DNA from: an uncultured Flavobacteriales bacterium
GTDB lineage: Bacteria > Bacteroidota > Bacteroidia > Flavobacteriales > UBA7312
Assembly: GCA_964004705.1 (NCBI GenBank)
Contig: CAXFOQ010000004.1
Coordinates: forward strand, 1 to 54,153
DNA length: 54,153 bases
Reading direction: 5' to 3'
Part shown: in pieces, positions 51,017 through 54,153 of the stretch
Position numbering within the stretch: position 1 is the first letter of the stretch
Layout of the letters: each line of letters starts with the position of its first letter
The notes under the pieces: model-generated
Databases searched by the model: none
What the model saw: only the letters and a program-made list of their open reading frames with translations
What the model was told of the DNA's origin: nothing
Made by a program: the position numbers and the translations under genes

Positions 51017-51895
51017 TTAGGCGTTAACACGCATCAGTTCGGCCATTTTAGAGCCAATTTTTGCAGGAGAAGCTACGACATGAATACCACATTCGCTAAG
51101 GATTCTCATTTTAGCCTCTGCCGTATCGTCTTCACCACCTACTATTGCACCAGCATGTCCCATAGTCCTTCCCTTAGGAGCAGTCTGACCAGCTATAAAA
51201 CCAACTACTGGTTTTGTGCCATTTGCTTTAATCCAATGTGCAGCATCAGCTTCTAACTGTCCACCTATCTCACCAATCATAATAATAGCATCTGTTTCAG
51301 GGTCGTTCATCAATAATTCAACAGCCTCTTTTGTAGTCGTACCAATGATGGGGTCACCACCTATACCAATAGCAGTAGAAATTCCCATTCCTGCCTTAAC
51401 CACTTGGTCTGCCGCTTCATAGGTTAGTGTTCCTGATTTAGAAACAACCCCTATCCTACCCGATTCAAAAACAAAACCTGGCATAATACCGCATTTGGCT
51501 TCTCCTGGTGTAATAACACCTGGACAGTTTGGACCCACCAAACGGCAATCTTTATCAGATAAATATTCTTTTACTGTAATCATATCTTTGGTAGGAATAC
51601 CTTCAGTTATGCATATAATCACTTGAATACCTGCTGCTGCTGCCTCCATAATAGCATCGGCTGCAAAAGCTGGTGGCACAAAAATTAAAGAGGTATTAGC
51701 ACCTACTTTTTCTACTGCTTCAACAACAGTATTAAAAACAGGTCTATCAAGATGAGTTTGACCACCCTTGCCTGGTGTTACACCACCAACAACATTTGTG
51801 CCATACTCTATCATTTGACCGGCATGGAAAGTTCCTTCACTACCTGTAAAACCTTGAACAATAACTTTAGAATCTTTGTTTACTAATACGCTCAT
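51017..51895 (-). CDS. sucD: Succinyl-CoA synthetase alpha subunit
   Basis: [29 protein letters not shown] and MGHAGA motifs. TAAATTTG box at 51921-51928. Confidence 0.97.
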   Translation of the reverse strand: MSVLVNKDSKVIVQGFTGSEGTFHAGQMIEYGTNVVGGVTPGKGGQTHLDRPVFNTVVEAVEKVGANTSLIFVPPAFAADAIMEAAAAGIQVIICITEGIPTKDMITVKEYLSDKDCRLVGPNCPGVITPGEAKCGIMPGFVFESGRIGVVSKSGTLTYEAADQVVKAGMGISTAIGIGGDPIIGTTTKEAVELLMNDPETDAIIMIGEIGGQLEADAAHWIKANGTKPVVGFIAGQTAPKGRTMGHAGAIVGGEDDTAEAKMRILSECGIHVVASPAKIGSKMAELMRVNA

Positions 51896-51971
51896 TTTTT
51901 GTTTTGTATTTATTTCGATGCAAATTTATAATGAAATATGGATTAGTAAAACAAAAAAGCAAAAGACTTTC

Positions 51972-51979
51972 TATCTTTG
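51972..51979 (+). promoter_or_regulatory. -7 promoter box (TATCTTTG) 5 nt before the mnmE start, probably leaderless
   Basis: TATCTTTG-TCAA-ATG. Confidence 0.6.
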
Positions 51980-51983
51980 TCAA

Positions 51984-53336
51984 ATGTTTATCAACAATGA
52001 TACTATATGTGCCTTAGCAACTTCGTCTGCTCAAGGTGCTATTTCTGTTATACGACTTTCAGGTCCTCAAGCCATTCCTATTTGTAATGCCTTTTTTATC
52101 AACAAAGACTTGACTAAAGTAGATAGTCATACTCTACATTTTGGTACGATTAGAAAAGATAATAAAATTTTAGACGAAGTGGTGGTTAGTGTTTTTAGAA
52201 ATCCACACTCTTATACTGGTGAAGATGTCATAGAGGTATCATGTCACGGCTCAGTCTATATTCAAAACCAACTCATACAGTTGTTTATTAGTGATGGTGC
52301 TAGAATGGCTAAGGCAGGTGAATTTACTTTAAGAGCATTTGCCAATGGTAAAATGGACTTATCACAGGCCGAGGCTGTGGCCGATTTAATAGCTTCAGAA
52401 AGTGAATCGGCACACCAAGTGGCTATGCATCAGATGCGAGGTGGTTTTTCCAACGAATTAAAAGAGCTAAGACAAGAGCTTATCAATTTCGCTGCTCTGA
52501 TAGAATTAGAGCTAGACTTTGGTGAAGAAGATGTAGAATTTGCCGATAGAGAACGATTTAACCTACTGTTAGAAAAAATAAAAAAGGTTATTCAAAACCT
52601 TATTGATTCGTTTGCTATTGGTAACGTTCTAAAAAATGGTGTGCCCGTAGCTATAGTTGGGCAACCCAACGTAGGTAAATCTACCTTACTTAATACTTTA
52701 TTAAAAGAAGACAGAGCCATAGTTTCAGAAATTGCAGGAACAACTAGGGACACAATAGAAGATGTCATTATTTTAGGCGGCATACAATTCCGTTTTACAG
52801 ATACTGCTGGTTTAAGAGAAACTCAAGACAGCATTGAAAAGATTGGTATAGAAAAAGCTGTTGAGAAAGCCCTAAGCGCTCAAATTATTGTATTCATCAT
52901 TGACGCCTCACAAAATCTTAATGAACAGCTTAATGAGTTAGAATCACTTAAAGAAAAAGGACTAAAAGAACCGTTAGTAGTAGTTAACAAAATTGATTTG
53001 AATAGCGATATAAAAGAAAAATTACCAAATGCCATTTACATATCTGCAAAACATAATGAGGGTATAGAAGCATTTTCACAACAAATGATTGACTTAGTCA
53101 ACACTTCATCATTAGGCAATAGTACTCTAATAAGTAATAGTAGACATTTGGAGTCATTGACCCTTGCATTAGAAAATATCATCAAAACCATCAATGGCTT
53201 AAACGATGGAACGAGTGGAGATTTCTTGGCTATGGACATTCGTCAAGCACTACAACACATAGGTGAAATTACTGGCGAAATTTCTTCAGATGATTTGTTA
53301 GAAAATATTTTCTCCAACTTCTGTATTGGAAAATAA
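51984..53336 (+). CDS. mnmE: tRNA modification GTPase MnmE (TrmE)
   Basis: DTICALAT, GQPNVGKS, GTTRD, DTAG, NKID and C-terminal FCIGK. Start placed at the ATG at 51984. Confidence 0.97.
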   Translation: MFINNDTICALATSSAQGAISVIRLSGPQAIPICNAFFINKDLTKVDSHTLHFGTIRKDNKILDEVVVSVFRNPHSYTGEDVIEVSCHGSVYIQNQLIQLFISDGARMAKAGEFTLRAFANGKMDLSQAEAVADLIASESESAHQVAMHQMRGGFSNELKELRQELINFAALIELELDFGEEDVEFADRERFNLLLEKIKKVIQNLIDSFAIGNVLKNGVPVAIVGQPNVGKSTLLNTLLKEDRAIVSEIAGTTRDTIEDVIILGGIQFRFTDTAGLRETQDSIEKIGIEKAVEKALSAQIIVFIIDASQNLNEQLNELESLKEKGLKEPLVVVNKIDLNSDIKEKLPNAIYISAKHNEGIEAFSQQMIDLVNTSSLGNSTLISNSRHLESLTLALENIIKTINGLNDGTSGDFLAMDIRQALQHIGEITGEISSDDLLENIFSNFCIGK

Positions 53337-53409
53337 GCGTCATTAAACTTAGCCAAAAGCTAACAAGAAAATATGTGTGTCAAATTATTTTTTTTCAGAT
53401 ATTAGCTAA

Positions 53410-54153
53410 ATGATGAAAAACTTCTTTTTCATTTTATCCTTTTCTCGTTCTGGCAGTACAACTCTGGGGCAAAAATTGAACAACCATTCGGATTTAGATG
53501 TAATCAACGAAAGTTGGATTTTCAACTTATTAGGTGTTTTAAAATGGAAAAAGTTAAGCCCATTAAGGCAAAAGTACATTCTGAATCAACTGAATAAAGG
53601 ACAAAAAATCACTACTATAAAAGCAAACGAAATTAAAGATGAGTACATGCAGTTAGCAATGGGTAAATATGCTTATGAGAATGTTAAGCGAGTTAGAGAC
53701 TTTACTTTATTAGATGCAGACGGTGTAGGTGCAGCAGGATTAAAAACAGTTCCACAAGTTCTTATGCTAGCAAAATCTGATGAAGCGTTAGCATCTGAAG
53801 TTATAGGAGGTCCTACAAAAGAAGCAAAAGCAAATTACATAAAAGAGCAAGACGCTGTGCTAGCAAATATATTAGAAAGACCACAATACAAAGAAGTAGA
53901 TGGTATGCTTGATAAGCTGTATAATATTGGTGATGATGAGCAGTTAGAAGAACTGGCTGGTGAATTAGGTGTTGATGCTTCTGTACTGTTAGCTGACTCT
54001 AATAATGCTAAGCGTGCAAGAGACCAAAAAGATATAGTTAATAGACAATTGCAAGAAGCATTAAACACTGTTAAGAAGACTGATGAAAGCAATGAAGATT
54101 ATTATAAGAGAGTTTCTGCAGGATTTGATGGTCGTGGATATATGTTTGACGAG
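53410..54153 (+). CDS. ORF open to the window edge (248 codons): sulfotransferase-like N-terminus joined to an unrelated acidic helical sequence
   Basis: Manual translation gives MMKNFFFILSFSRSGSTTLGQKLNNHSDLDVINESW...NEIKDEYMQLAMGKYAYE...GFDGRGYMFDE with no stop. RSGSTTL resembles the PAPS-binding loop. Absent from the ORF track because it has no stop codon. Confidence 0.7.
   Translation, partial: MMKNFFFILSFSRSGSTTLGQKLNNHSDLDVINESWIFNLLGVLKWKKLSPLRQKYILNQLNKGQKITTIKANEIKDEYMQLAMGKYAYENVKRVRDFTLLDADGVGAAGLKTVPQVLMLAKSDEALASEVIGGPTKEAKANYIKEQDAVLANILERPQYKEVDGMLDKLYNIGDDEQLEELAGELGVDASVLLADSNNAKRARDQKDIVNRQLQEALNTVKKTDESNEDYYKRVSAGFDGRGYMFDE

Noticed and set aside
2381-53239. Many short antisense or alternate-frame ORFs (e.g. 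2381-2620, 8301-8567, 8644-8964, 9013-9315, 15075-15338, 20325-20528, 28710-28991, 45646-45879, 51216-51422)
   Set aside because: All lie within or largely overlap well-supported conserved genes and show no recognisable motifs.
53835-54092. 85-aa minus-strand ORF
   Set aside because: Ser/Leu-rich antisense shadow of the longer open plus-strand frame 53410-54153.
1-54153. CRISPR arrays, rRNA, riboswitches, retron or defence systems
   Set aside because: I saw no regularly spaced direct repeats, no long non-coding tracts and no cas, reverse transcriptase or defence-nuclease motifs. This was by eye only, so an Rfam or DefenseFinder scan is needed to be sure.

Overview
AT-rich, gene-dense chromosomal DNA from Bacteroidota, most likely Flavobacteriales-like. 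This is supported by TAnnTTTG -7 promoter boxes, A-rich starts with no obvious Shine-Dalgarno sequences, a T9SS type-B CTD protein and tRNAs without encoded CCA. Nearly all genes are housekeeping: proteases, menG, PPIases, guaB, glyA, glmM, cysteine desulfurase, aroE, uvrB, fabG, sucD, mnmE and three tRNAs. The most striking structure is a normally single-copy core block (PPIase-DHH/nrnA-ndk-DUF721-recF-TPR-ribH) present twice, at 8.7-13.8 kb and 26.9-31.8 kb. Order and orientation are the same but the copies are strongly diverged, and the first copy ends at tRNA-Arg(TCT). This looks like two related genomes joined at a tRNA, either an assembly chimera or a real large recombination event. At the right edge an ORF missing from the track (53410 to the end) starts as a sulfotransferase and switches in frame to an unrelated acidic, helical sequence, suggesting a second junction just after mnmE. 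Smaller observations include two intrinsic terminators whose U-tract abuts a start codon, probable leaderless genes, a small protein with four ~25-aa repeats and an orphan ComA next to a rhodanese. I saw no CRISPR array, integrase, transposase or recognisable defence system, and I cannot support a claim of a new multi-gene system. All product calls come from motif recognition, not database searches.
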